Source of the DNA: Octopus bimaculoides
Lineage: Eukaryota
Direction of reading: 5' to 3'
Length of the DNA stretch: 56,192 nucleotides
Assembly: GCF_001194135.2 (NCBI RefSeq)
Contig: NC_068996.1
Location: 34,286,448-34,342,639 of the forward strand
The number at the start of each line of letters is the position of its first letter. Positions within the stretch are counted from its first letter, which is position 1. The position numbers and the translations under genes were made by a program. Under the pieces are notes generated by a model, which made no database searches, had not been told where the DNA came from, and saw nothing but the letters and a program-made list of their open reading frames with translations. Shown here in pieces: positions 26,232 to 38,269 of the stretch.

Positions 26232-29200
26232 GTAAGGTAGTGGGTAGCGATTTTCTTCACTACTTCAGGAAGTGATGACCCTGCCTGACACGAGTCCCGG
26301 AATCAGCTGACTCTGGTTGATAGTACCCAGTATGGGACCCTATCCAAGGTTACGGAAAGGAGACAACCTTCAAAGAAATCCCGAGTGGAACCCCGTAGGT
26401 GGTTTAGTGTTCAACTTGACACTCTTCCAGCAGCTCCTGCAACCAAGCTGGTGTCAAACGTAATGCTCTGCACTCCTTTGGACTATGTCAGCAAGGTCAA
26501 GAGAGGAATTCTGACGATTGGGCTACCCAGGATTTTCTTACATCTAGCCCAGACCTGCGCAAAACTAGAGAGGACACTTCAGTGCTACTGTAAAAAGTGG
26601 CTGAAAAATCATGGGAGGTAGCAGTCACGAGTGATAAGTCCATTCTGATTGGCGTAGGATATGGGGTGCTACAGGTTATCTCTGATAGTGGGAGGGACCC
26701 TTGTGTCCCATTGGTTAGCTACTGCCCACCTCAAGCTGGGCAGCCCCCTGTTAATAAGCTGCTGACCCGCCACAGGCCACTTGGTTTATTGCATGCTTGG
26801 AGTTAAGAGTTTGACTTGAAAAACGGCCTGAAACCTCTGCACCAGGCAAACAATCAAAAGACAAGTAACCACCAGTCCTGCGGTTAGCAAGCTGGAATGT
26901 CAGGACCATGCGCCCTGGCATATCTGATGACCTACTCAGGGTTGAAGACACAAGAAAGATGGTCATCACTGACTGCAAACTAAAGAGGCTCAACATAGAC
27001 ATTGCTGGACTGCAGGAGACAAGACTCCCCTCAAACGGCAAACTCAAGAACAAGATTTCACCTTCTTTTGGCAGGGAAGAGATCCAGAGGAACCTCGTCA
27101 GCATGGTGTTGGTTTTGCAGTGAGAAATTCATTACTCTCCTTAATAGAACCACCATCAGGAGGCACTGAGCGGATCTTCTCTCTGCGCTTCTTGAGCCCT
27201 GGCTCAGTACATTTACTGAGTATCTATGCTCCCACTCTCTACAGCTGAGGAGACCAAGGACCAGTTCTACAAAGATTTCAACTGTGTCATTAGAAACATA
27301 CCAACCAACGAAAACATCTACCTTCTAGGAGATTTTAACGCTCGCATGAGATCTGATCATAACTCGTGGCCCATTTGTGTCGGACATTTTGGTATTGGCA
27401 ACATGAATGACAATGGTCAGAGACTGCTTGAATTTTGCACATACCATAACCTGTGCATCACCAACACATTCTTTGCCAACAAGCCATCCCACAAGGCATC
27501 TTGGAGACATCCAAGGTCTCACCACTGGCATCAGTTGGATTTCATCATCACATTAAGATCCTTTCTGAATTCTGTCCAACTGACCTGTAGTTACCACTGC
27601 ATGGATTGTGTCACAGATCATTCATTAATAAGAAGCAGAGTGAGGATTCTGCCTAAAAAAGTCCATCACTCCATGAAAATGGGCCGACCACACATTAACA
27701 CTGCCAGAACCTCAGACCCTACACTGCAAAAATGTTTTGCTGTTTCTATCAAGGTTGCCCTCAGTAGCTGCCCATCCTCCTCTGCTGAAAGTAGGTGGAA
27801 TTATATCAGGGAAGCTTTGTATACCACATCAATAGATACATTCAGCATGAGTGAAAGGCAAAACCCAGATTGGTTCAGTTCTGGGCTCTCAGAGCTGGAA
27901 CCAGTTATCGAAGCAAAGCGCGCAGCTGTGATGCAATACAAGAGTGATTCTTCTACAAAGTCACTTGAAGGACTCAGAAAGGCAAGAAATAAAACCCAAC
28001 TGACTGCCAGACGCTGTGCAAATAGGTATTGGCAGGAAATCTGTCAGAGTATCCAGTTAGCCGCTGACAGTGGCAACACATGTGGGATGTATGCTGGTTT
28101 GAAGAAGGCCCTCAGTCCATCCACAACCAAGTCAGCCCCTCTGAAATCAACTACAGAAGATCTTATCAAGGACCAAAGCAAGCAAATAGATAGATGGGTG
28201 GAGTACTACCAGGATCTCTACTCACTGGAGACTACGGTCGTTGAGGCTGCAATCGAGGGTGTCAAGATCTTGCCAGCCATGTGCGAACTTGACAGTCTGC
28301 TGTCTATAGTGAAGCTCACCAAGGCTATTAACTCCCTAGCCAGTGACAAGGCTCCAGGAAAAGACGGCATCCCCTCAGAGATCACCAAAGCCAGCAAAAA
28401 TACTGCTCTGCTTTGGCACCTTCATGAGCTTCTGTGTCGGTGCTGGGAAGAGGGTGCAGTCCCTCAGGATATGCGGGATGCTAACATCATTATGCTTTAC
28501 AAAAACAAAGGTGACCATAGTGATTGCAACAATTACTGTGGAATATCTCTTCTCAGCACTGTTGGAAAGACCTTTGCCTGTGTAATCCTGTCCAGGCTGC
28601 AACTGCTTGCTTCTCGAATTTATCCAGAATCGCAGTCTGGCTTTAGAAGAAGCAGATCAACTATTGACATGATATCCTCCATACACCAACTTCAGAAGTC
28701 CAGAGAGCAGAAAATGCCATTATATATGGCCTTCATTGATCTGACAAAGGCCTTTGACTTGGTCAGTAGAAAAGGCCTCTTCATCTTGCTTCAAAAAATC
28801 GGATGTCCACCAAAGCTGCTGAGGATCTTTCCATGATGATATGCAAGGCACCATACAGCACAATGGTTCAACATCAGCCGCCTTCCAAATAAAGAACGGG
28901 GTAAAGCAAGGCTGTGTCCTTGCTCCTACATTATTTGGCATCTTCTTCTCGCTGCTGCTGTCACATGCCTTCAAGACATCAGATGATGGAGTGGTTCTGC
29001 ACAGTAGAAGGGATGGGAAACTGTTCAATCTCTCGCATCTGCATGCCAAGACCAAAATCAGAAGCGTCCTGATCAAGGAGATGCACTTTGCTGGTGATAT
29101 CGCTCTGGTACCATACACAGAAGAAGCCCTGCAAAGGCTCATCAACTGCTTTGAGCAAGCATGTAGTGACTTTGGCTTAGTTATCAGCCTCAAGAAGACC

Positions 29201-30083
29201 AACATCATGGGTCAAGCTACATCGGACATCCCAAACATACATACTGGAGACCACAGACTACAGGAGGTGGAGAAGTTTACCTATCTTGGCTCTACCGTCA
29301 CCTACAACCTATCCCTTGATGCAGAGCTCAATATACGCATTGGCAAGGCAGCTGCTGTGGTGGCCCAAATCTCCAAATGGACATGGGACAACAATAAGCT
29401 GACCAAGACCACAAAAATGAAGATTTACCAGGCATGTGTACTTAGCACTCTACTGTATAGCAGTGAGACCTGGATGCCATACACATGCCAAGAGCATCGC
29501 CTAAATATCTTTCACCTGTGCTGCCTCCGGAAAATCCTTGGCATCAAATGGCAGAATCGTGTCCCCAACAAAGATGTCCTCAAGCAAACAGGAATACCAA
29601 GCATGTTTCCACTCCTTACACAAAGACGTATAAGATGGCTTGGACATATTAGTTGTTTGGAAGATAGCAGAATCCCCGATGACATACTCTACGGAGAGCT
29701 TGCTAGGGGCACTAGATCTGTTGGAAGACCGTTCTTACGATACAAGGATGTTTGCAAAAGGGACCTGAAGGCCTGCAATATTAGCAACTGGGAAGCAGTT
29801 GCCAGCAACTGTGGAGATTGGTGACACACCATAGAAGAGGGAATGCAAAGGAGTGACAGAGGGAGAGAGGAGAAATGGAAAGGCAAGAAAAGATGTCAAC
29901 AAGAAACTATGACATTACAACCAGCCAGGCAAAGTCTTCGCTACATCTGCATCACCTGTCAGAGGGAGTGTTTGTCCAGGATAGGACTACGCAGCCACAG
30001 CAGGAGAGGTAAATGACATGAAATGTAAAAACCAGACTGGATTATTTTATGCGAAACTCCCAAGACAAAAAGGATGCCAACAA
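26232..30083 (+). mobile_element. Near full-length RTE-BovB-like LINE, family 2 (5'UTR, APE, RT, C-terminal Cys/His motif), inactivated
   Basis: LASWNVRTM..IAGLQETRL..SIYAPT..LLGDFNAR..NGQRLLEF..HWHQLDFII (APE). KAPGKDGIP..NYCGISLLS..ESQSGFR..FIDLTKAFD..GVKQGCVLAPTLF..HFAGD (FADD site mutated at 29093-29095). C-terminus YICITCQRECLSRIGLRSH*. 3' end AAGGATGCCAACAA. Frameshifts near 27060, 27225 and 28838. Confidence 0.92.
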
Positions 30084-30102
30084 TATGTGTGTGTGCACAG
30101 TG

Positions 30103-30250
30103 CAGGCAAGCTGTGAGGTAAAGATGCTTGCTTTCCAACAATGTGGTTGGTTCAATCCTACAATGCAGTTGGTTTTCTACTATAGACCTGAGCCAACCAA
30201 TGCCTTGTGAATGGTTTTGGTAGACAGAAACTGAAAGAACCCTGTTATTG
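30103..30250 (+). mobile_element. SINE family A fragment
   Basis: GCTTGCTTTCCAAC..GGTTCAATCC..TTCTACTATAG..GCCTTGTGAATGG.TTTGGTAGAC.GAAACTGAAAGAA. Confidence 0.7.
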
Positions 30251-31329
30251 TTTTGTTTGTTTGTTTGTGTGTGTGGGGGGGGGGTGCATGTACGTATGTA
30301 TGCATGTACATATGTATGTATGTAGAGATGTACATATATATGTTTTATTTGTGTGTGTATGTATTTACATGTATCCTTGTCTAGGTATTATTTGATGGTT
30401 GTAAATGACTTATCCATCCCACACTAGCATTGAAAACAGGCATAAAAATTGTAATGGTGATGATGATACATGTATCTCTGTATTCTATGTGTGTGAACAT
30501 ACAATAACAAAACACACACACACATATATTTATCTTTATATGTGCGTGTGCGTCATGTATCTATCTTTGCTCTGTCTGTCTCTGTCTATCTATCTGTCTG
30601 TCTATCTGTCTGTCTGTCTGTCAATCTGTCTACATGTGTGTGTGTGTGTGTGTATACACACATATATATCATCATCACCACCACAAAGACATTCTCTCAT
30701 GCATACATGCACATTTGTTCATAGTAGAAGAATATTTCATAAATATAGTTATAGTTTTCCTGAGAAAATCATAGGAATTGTTGCTTTCAAAAAAGTAAAT
30801 ATATGAATAACTCTAGACTTCTGAGCAACAAGGTTCTTTCTCTATACATTATTAAAAGTTTACAATCTTCTCCCATATCCTTCTTCCTATTTTAATCTTC
30901 TTCATTCACTTCTGTTTTCCTCTTCTGATTTCAAACACAATATTTCTTCTATCCCTACACTAATTAATTTGGGCAAATTGCCATATTTTTTTTCTCTCCC
31001 CTACCTCAGACCTGTACCAAAAGATAGAAACGGTCGACATTGAAACTGAAGTCAAAATGTTTTCTTGGTCTCGTGCCAAATAGACAAGATCTCTGGTCTG
31101 AATGGAATTTTTCCATAATTTCTGTGAAGCTAATTATGATCAAACATGTTCTATTTTCATTTTTTGTTTTTTTTTTGTTTTATATGTATGTTGTTGTTGT
31201 TTTGGCCTAAGTTAGCCTTAATCTAGCAAACCTTTCACCAAAAGACATTCCAACAGTGATATTCTGTCAGTCTTTTTCTCAAACACAGTATGACCACTTG
31301 TATATGACCTCAATGATTACTAGTGTAGC

Positions 31330-32600
31330 TTCTACCAAGCCAAACCTATTCTCTTATGTCATCCTCCAGTGGGTACTTGTTTCAGAGAAGCTTGGTGAAA
31401 ACTATGCACATGCCATAGGCATCTGTGAAGCCTTCAAACCTGTCTGGTATGTAAATTTCTCCTCAAAACTTCCTGTCTATGGACTCCACCCATCCTGTAA
31501 TTGGCAGCTTCCTATCAGGTTGCAACATTGAAACATATAATAATGGAGCTCTTTCTACCCAACTCTCAATCAATTCTGGTGTGACCCACAGCTCAGGGAT
31601 GCACTTTTGCTCTCTACTTTCTTCCTTCTTTACATCAGTGACCTACAACCAGTCATATCTAGCCATACCCATTCTTACACAGGTTATATAACCTTTCTTC
31701 CTCCTTAATCCCCTCCCCAACCACACATCATCCACATGCAATCTAAACACTACACACCCCAAATTTTCACTAATCTACATTTCATGAATGGAGACCTCAT
31801 AAGTATTCTCCAGTGGTCCTTTTTAATCTCATCTCTTTAAACAGCATAAAACAAACAAACAAAAACAAAATCATTTCTTATATCAAGAAAATGACATTGC
31901 AACACACTTCAACATGAGCAGTACTCAAATCTAACCCCCATGATCACTCTAGATGTTAGAACACACAATCACAGAGAATCTCTCTTGATAAATACATATC
32001 CTTATTGCAGCTAGGATCATATCCTTAACTAAGCCTGGCATTTCTCTTCCGTGCCACTAAATTAGCCCCAAACAATTACTGACACCTTTTACAAAGCTCA
32101 ATTAAGGCCCACTGTAGATTATTGCTCCCACATCTGGAATAGTGTAGTTGTTGCTGTTAATGACTGCTAGTTGCTGCTGCTGCTTCTACTGCTGCTGCTG
32201 CTGCACATGGAGACATCCTAGAATGCATCCAAAACAAAAAGCCACGTGAGTGAATTACATAAAACACACACAGACACTCTCCAGCCTCAGTCCACTGGTG
32301 TGTTGTCTCCTCTCTCTACTTTTGCCGTCACTACTATCACAGTAACTGCTCCTTTGGAGCTGGCTGAGTTAATGCCCCCTCCACTGAAGCATTCCCATCT
32401 GACTGATATTTCCTCCTTCAATCACCCTTACCATGTCCAAGTCTTAGCATTAACCATTATGCCCTGACTTCTTGTTCCCTCTTCTACATACATAAAACAT
32501 CAGCCTTTTAGAGCCCTTTGCACATGTCTCTCCTGCAAGTGTCAACTGCAGCAATATAAACTGAACATTAATAACATCAATTTCATCAGTTTTTGGAGTA
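31330..32600 (+). mobile_element. Highly decayed CR1/L2/Jockey-group LINE RT and C-terminus
   Basis: LGENYAHAIGICEAFKPVW..SKLPVYGL..SFLSG..INSGV..LLYISDL, then YKAQLRPTVDYCSHIW, and C-terminal LQQYKLNINNIN. Interrupted by (CTG)n. Confidence 0.65.
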
Positions 32601-33065
32601 GAAGCTGCAAAGATGATAGGCACTGCCCCTTCTTCAAGACTCAGCAAATGAAAAAAAACAAAAACAAATCCAGGGTTGTATTATTCAATGTTTTCTTTCC
32701 CTTTTAAGACATTATAAGCAAATTTAGCTGCTAATTCTTGCAGATCAATGGACTATGAAGATATGATTTTCTAAACTATAAACAAAGTATCTAAGAGTTT
32801 AAAATTTATCATAACAGATATTGTGAGAAGAATATATTTTACTTGAGAGAGTTTTGGCTCCTATTTCCAGCATGTTGAGTGACCACATAATATCTCACCC
32901 CTTTTCTAAAATTGTATTTCATCATCAAATGTTATATTTTAGTTTCTTACTGAGTAATAGTTACAATGATTCTAGATTCAAATTATTAGACACAGATGTT
33001 TTCTGCTATAGTGTCAAGCTGACCAAGAGCTAGTGTATAAATTTGGTAATTAAAATTGAAAAAAT

Positions 33066-33320
33066 TCATGCACACGTGTGTGTGCATGCACTTGTGTGTG
33101 TGAATGTATGTGAATGCATGCATGTGCACATGTGTGTGTGAGAATGTTCGCGTGTATGCATGTGTGTGTGTGTGTGTGAATGTATGTGCATGCATGTGTG
33201 TGTGCGTGTGTGCACACACATGTATGTATGTGTGCATGCATGTGTGTGCACATGCACATGAGTCTGTGTGAATGTATGTGTGCATGCATGTGTGTGTGTA
33301 TGTGAGAGAGAGAGAGAGAG
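33066..33320. repeat. Degenerate (TGTGCA/TG)n microsatellite
   Basis: Directly visible. It generates His/Thr/Cys-rich pseudo-ORFs. Confidence 0.9.
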
Positions 33321-34589
33321 TTACATGCAGTGACATTGTTACATTTTCTTCTAACAAATCTTCTGCTTTGCCTCACACTTTGAAATATGTGTGAAATAAA
33401 AGATTTCTTACTTGAAAAACAAGTTAGAGTTATTACAAGAAGGGCATCCAGCTGTGAAATAATGCTTCAGTAATATAAACATCCAACCTATGCTAGCATG
33501 GTAAAAAATGGATGTGAAGATGAACCAAAAAAAATAACACAGAAAATTATTGGCAAGATTCTTCTATAAACAGTGGTGGTTACTGGCCACTTTTAGACGA
33601 AGTACTTTTCAAAGTCTTTCTAAATACAGAGAGCAAGAAAGGGAACTCCTTTGTACATAGTATGTTCTCTTTAACCCTTTCATTACCATATTACGGTTAA
33701 ATATATTACTGTTATTTCAATTAATTTTGGAAAATAACAAAGAATTTAGTAAAATCATTTTGTTATTATTAAGCTGGTGTTTAGAACATAAGTTAACATA
33801 AAATTTTGATGTAAGTTTTTTATTTAGATCACTTTAAAATAGGAAATTTGCATCATAGAGCCAAAGGTAGTGTGAAAAGGATTAAGATAAGAAATATATT
33901 TTAAAATAGCTTTCCTAAAATGTATTTATTATTGTTACTCTGTTTTGTTATGACTACCCTAATGTAAGTGCTAACACTTCTCTTCCCATTCCCCCAAACC
34001 AATGTCTGCTGTTATTAATACCAATTTAATTCCAAGCGAATTATTACTTGTTAATTAACATTCCAAAAGCTCTTTTGCGTAATTATCATTGACTGAATTT
34101 CAGAACTTGTTTTAAAGAAAGTTCTGAAATATAACTATAATAATAGTTTCTAAATTTGGCACAAATCCATAATTTATAGGGGTGGAGAAGAGGTATAGTT
34201 GATTTAATTGACTTCCAGTACATTTCTGGTATTTGCATAAACCATGGAGAAATGAAATATTGTGTCAACCCCAGTGGAATTTAAACACAAAATGTAAAAA
34301 GACTTAAATTCCACATAGCATTTTGTTCTGGCACTCATTTCTCTCAAATATAATAATAATTATTATTACTTTTAACATAGACATAAGGTGACAGATTTAG
34401 ATGAAGGGTAGATCAATTAATTCAGCCACAACTGGCTACAAATCATTTTATTAATCCTAGAAGAACAAAAAGGGGAACTGATACCATCCATATTTAAACT
34501 CTGAGCATTGTGATCTTAATGAGAGTTTTATTATCCCCCCACCTCTCTCCCTCTCTCTCTCTCTCTCATTTTACCATCTAATAATTCTT

Positions 34590-34800
34590 TCTTCTATAGC
34601 CAAATGGCCTGGAATCTTGTGGAACGGGGGCTTGCCGTTTACATTGACCCCAGTGCTTAACTGGTACTTATTCTATTGCCTCTAAAAGGAAGAAAGGCAA
34701 GATCAAGCTCAGCAGAATTTGAACTCAAAATGTAAAGCCAGAAGAAATGCCACTAAACATTTTGCTTGCTAATGATTCTTTCAGCTCACTGCATTAAACA
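34590..34800 (-). mobile_element. SINE family B copy
   Basis: Reverse complement of the family B blocks: CTGGTACTTATT..AAGGCAAG..CAGAATTTGAACTCA..GAAGAAATGCCACTAAACA. Confidence 0.7.
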
Positions 34801-36338
34801 TAACTTTAATAATAACCATTATTTTTGTTATTTCTGACTATAAAATATCCATGGCATGCAAGAGTCATGAAAAAATTACCTGATGCTAAGATGTTCATTG
34901 TAAAAGGGCACAAATATTATAAGAACTAATTAAGGATAAAAATAGGTAACAGGCTTTCTGATAATACTTTCTGGTAATACCCTGGAGAGTCTCAAGGGGT
35001 AAGACAATGAAGATGGTTAAGAAGCCCTGCCTTAGAATCATGTCTACTCCTTAATTCAAGAAGTAGGAACGACGGGCATAATGTAATCCATGATCTGATC
35101 TCCCAACACATTATGGATCATAACACCATGAAGAGAGAATTCTTTTGAAAATATCAAATCTTTGCATTCATTCTCAAAAAGTACATAAAAATTCCTGAAC
35201 TAGAACGATAGTTAACATCAAATGATTGCTGTAGGATAACACTAGTGACAGTCTTCACAACTGCTAACACAGGTTGTCACTCTACATAGTCACTCCATTT
35301 GCTAAAAATAACAACCAAAATCTGAATTCATCTTTACTCTACTATCTTTAGAAAAATGAATAAATGAACATCATGAATAATGGTGTGTTAAATATGTAAT
35401 GTCTGAAATAAAGATAGGACAGTCATGGCTGGAATGCCTTTAATCAAAGTTTTACTCAGTAAGGGCTAACCTATGTTCAAGATTTTCTGAATAAAAAAAA
35501 AATACAGCATAAAGTATTCCATCTAAGAATATTCTAAAATGTGTGGCTTGTGATAGTTTGACTAATTAGGGAAGACTTTGCCTTAATGACAACTGATGCC
35601 ACTTAGAAAAATCTGGAAATGAGGCCGATATTGAAGAAGGAGTAGACATTAACGTATTTAGAGATTAATTAACAGAACTTCAATTAGTTTCTTCCCAGCA
35701 AACAAGATTAGTCAGTGACTAGACAGTCATACTCTGAATAAGAACATTACTTCATCCACACCACAACCTACACTACATACACACATTCATGTGTGTGTAA
35801 CAGAGAGAGTGGGGAGAGGTGGTATCATGTTGTGGATGACACATGGAAACTGACAGGAACAAGAAAATTTAATTCATAGGAAATTAATTGTCTAACACTT
35901 GTACTTTTCCTTATCATCATCATTGCCTAACATCCGTGTTCCATGTTGTCATTGTTTGAAAGGATGTAATGGTCAATGGACTGCATTGTACTCAAATGTC
36001 TGTTTTAGCAAGATTTCTACAACTGGACATCCTTCCTAATGCAAACCACTTTACAGTATTTATTGGGTGCAGTTTTCATGCTGCCAGCACTAGTGAGGTG
36101 GCCATGCAACTTGCAAGCCTTCAAACCCTAAGAAAGGCAGCTTTGTATTGGAAGATGAAGGGTTAAAGTATGAAGAGAGATGCCAGAAGAAAAAGAGAGA
36201 TAAAATAGAGGTGTATAAAGTGTGTAGATATGACTGGAATTAGAGGGACCAGGGATGTGGGTAGGTGAAGATTACAAGAGTGTATGGAGAAGTGAGAGGT
36301 GAAGATTAGGTAAGGGGAGGGGAAGGTGATAACTGCAT

Positions 36339-36376
<38 letters not shown>

Positions 36377-36387
36377 AAGTTGTCCAG

Positions 36388-36478
36388 GTGTTTGTCCCTA
36401 AAATAGTTGTCATGTATTTAATTGGTGTCGGTGCTGTCTTCTTCTATTTGTCTCAGGTACCAGAAAGATTAGCTCCAG
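36388..36478 (+). CDS. PAQR3: Internal coding exon of a PAQR3-like (progestin/adipoQ receptor family) gene
   Basis: Translates VFVPKIVVMYLIGVGAVFFYLSQVPERLAP(G), matching recalled human PAQR3 DFAPRVIVMYMIALLAFLFYISKVPERYFPG. Flanked by TTGTCCAG (AG 36386-87) and a G/GTAAGA donor. The 91-nt, phase 0 to 1 geometry fits the vertebrate exon as I recall it. An alternative acceptor at 36378-79 is possible. No other PAQR exons were found in the window. Confidence 0.82.
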
Positions 36479-36802
36479 GTAAGAGTCTTATGCAAGTAAT
36501 CTATATTTTTGTCTTCCTTGCCTTTAACTGTTTTTTTTTTNNNNNNNNNNNNNNNNNNNNNNNNNNNNNNNNNNNNNNNNNNNNNNNNNNNNNNNNNNNN
36601 NNNNNNNNNNNNNNNNNNNNNNNNNNNNNNNNNNNNNNNNNNNNNNNNNNNNNNNNNNNNNNNNNNNNNNNNNNNNNNNNNNNNNNNNNNNNNNNNNNNN
36701 NNNNNNNNNNNNNNNNNNNNNNNNNNNNNNNNNNNNNNNNNNNNNNNNNNNNNNNNNNNNNNNNNNNNNNNNNNNNNNNNNNNNNNNNNNNNNNNNNNNN
36801 NN

Positions 36803-36873
36803 CAATCAAATCGTCCAACCCATGCTAGCATGGAAAGCGGATGTTAAACGATGATGATGATGATGATGATGAT
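36803..36873 (+). mobile_element. RTE family 1 extreme 3' end with (GAT)n tail
   Basis: TCGTCCAACCCATGCTAGCATGGAAAGCGGATGTTAAACGATGATGATG. Confidence 0.85.
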
Positions 36874-37029
36874 ATAATGCAAGAGAGTTAAGGGTTGAGG
36901 ATTCAACCCACTAGGGGATAGTATCTATTCAATATACTGCTGGGAGGGTACCCAATTATTGTTACACTAGTGTTATACCAAGTGTAATAAGTGGGTGCAG
37001 GTAAAAGGGGGGTTATTTTACTCTACATT

Positions 37030-38029
37030 TATATAACAATAAGAAAATGGAGGAAATATGCAGTACCCATCGACTTGCAGACAGTGTATTCCATTGAGTT
37101 AATTTACTTATTTTGTAACTAAAATGACAAAAACGACAACATACAAATGCCTATGACATACCATATTAACAATCAAGGTTACAAATAAACAGTACATTAG
37201 GAATTTGAGAATAAACAGAAACTTACAGCTGTTTCGTCCTAGCGTTGGCATGCCCCATTCTATCCGAATAGCTCCTGCCGGAGTAATTAGCAGATGAAAT
37301 GCTGAAATGGGGGTACATGCATGATTCGCTAGGCCTCTTCAGAGATTCACAAAAATTCAACACAATATAAAGTAAAAAATAAAAAAATAAAAGTAAAATA
37401 GAAATAAAAATAAGAATACAGTAAAAATAAAATAAATAAATGAAAAATGAAAATATAAAAATATAAGGCACATAAAAGGCCTACAAACAATATATAAGGT
37501 CATACAAATAGTTATAGACACTCCAATACACATGTCCATGTCTGTGTTCATAACCATACTTGGATATCAAAGGATTCAAAAGCATATATGTGTCCAGATG
37601 TACGTCAACAGTCACTGCTACCACGTTTGAGGGGGAATATACATATATATATATATATATATCCCCTCACACATACATATACGTATACACAGACATTCCC
37701 ATACGTACATGGGCCCTGGCACCAATGTTATTCGTTGTGTCTTGAAGGCTGTTTATATTTTTTTAAAATTTGCTGAGTGTGTGCATGTCAGTTCTTTCTT
37801 CCCAGAGGAGTTATTAATACTCTAATAAAAATAAATTATGATGATGATGATAATAACAACAACAACAATAATAATAATAATAATATGCCAACTTTCGAAC
37901 TTTGTGGTGCTCCGTTATTTTTCTGCGTCATTTTTGTCATTTTAGTTACAAAATAGGTTAATTAATTCAACGGAATACATTGTCTGCAAGTCGATGGGTA
38001 CTGCATATTCTCCTCCATTTTCTAATTGC

Positions 38030-38035
<6 letters not shown>
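37030..38035 (-). mobile_element. About 1-kb ORF-less foldback element with ~108-bp inverted arms enclosing a hammerhead ribozyme (PLE-derived, non-autonomous)
   Basis: 37030-37137 versus the reverse complement of 37927-38035: about 8 substitutions and 1 indel. TA-repeat flanks. T-rich tract upstream of the ribozyme on the minus strand. Confidence 0.8.
37218..37348 (-). ncRNA. Type I hammerhead ribozyme, minimal palindromic stem III, extended stem II
   Basis: Minus strand reads GAAUCU-CUGAAGA-GG-CCUAGCG-[82 nt]-CGCUAGG-AC-GAA-AC-AGCU-GUA^AGUUUC. All core nucleotides are present. Stem II has G-C plus 7 bp. Stem I has 5/6 bp. Predicted cut between 37224 and 37223. Confidence 0.78.
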
Positions 38036-38060
<25 letters not shown>

Positions 38061-38269
38061 AATGATATATAACCATATGCATATATCCATACATATATGT
38101 ATATACCTACATCTATATGTATACAAAGATACATATATGGGTACAGAACATCACAAAAAAACGTTAAACACAATGAGAAATGAAAACATAAAAACAAAAA
38201 CAGAAAACGAACTTTTTTCGAACAATGAAAGAAACAGAGAAACGAGACATGCAACATAAAGAGTATACC

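Noticed and set aside
32492-32639. Minus-strand LEEGAVPIIF as a THAP-domain AVPTIF motif or exon
   Set aside because: It is the antisense of the CR1-type LINE C-terminus (LQQYKLNINNIN), and no THAP C2CH residues lie upstream.
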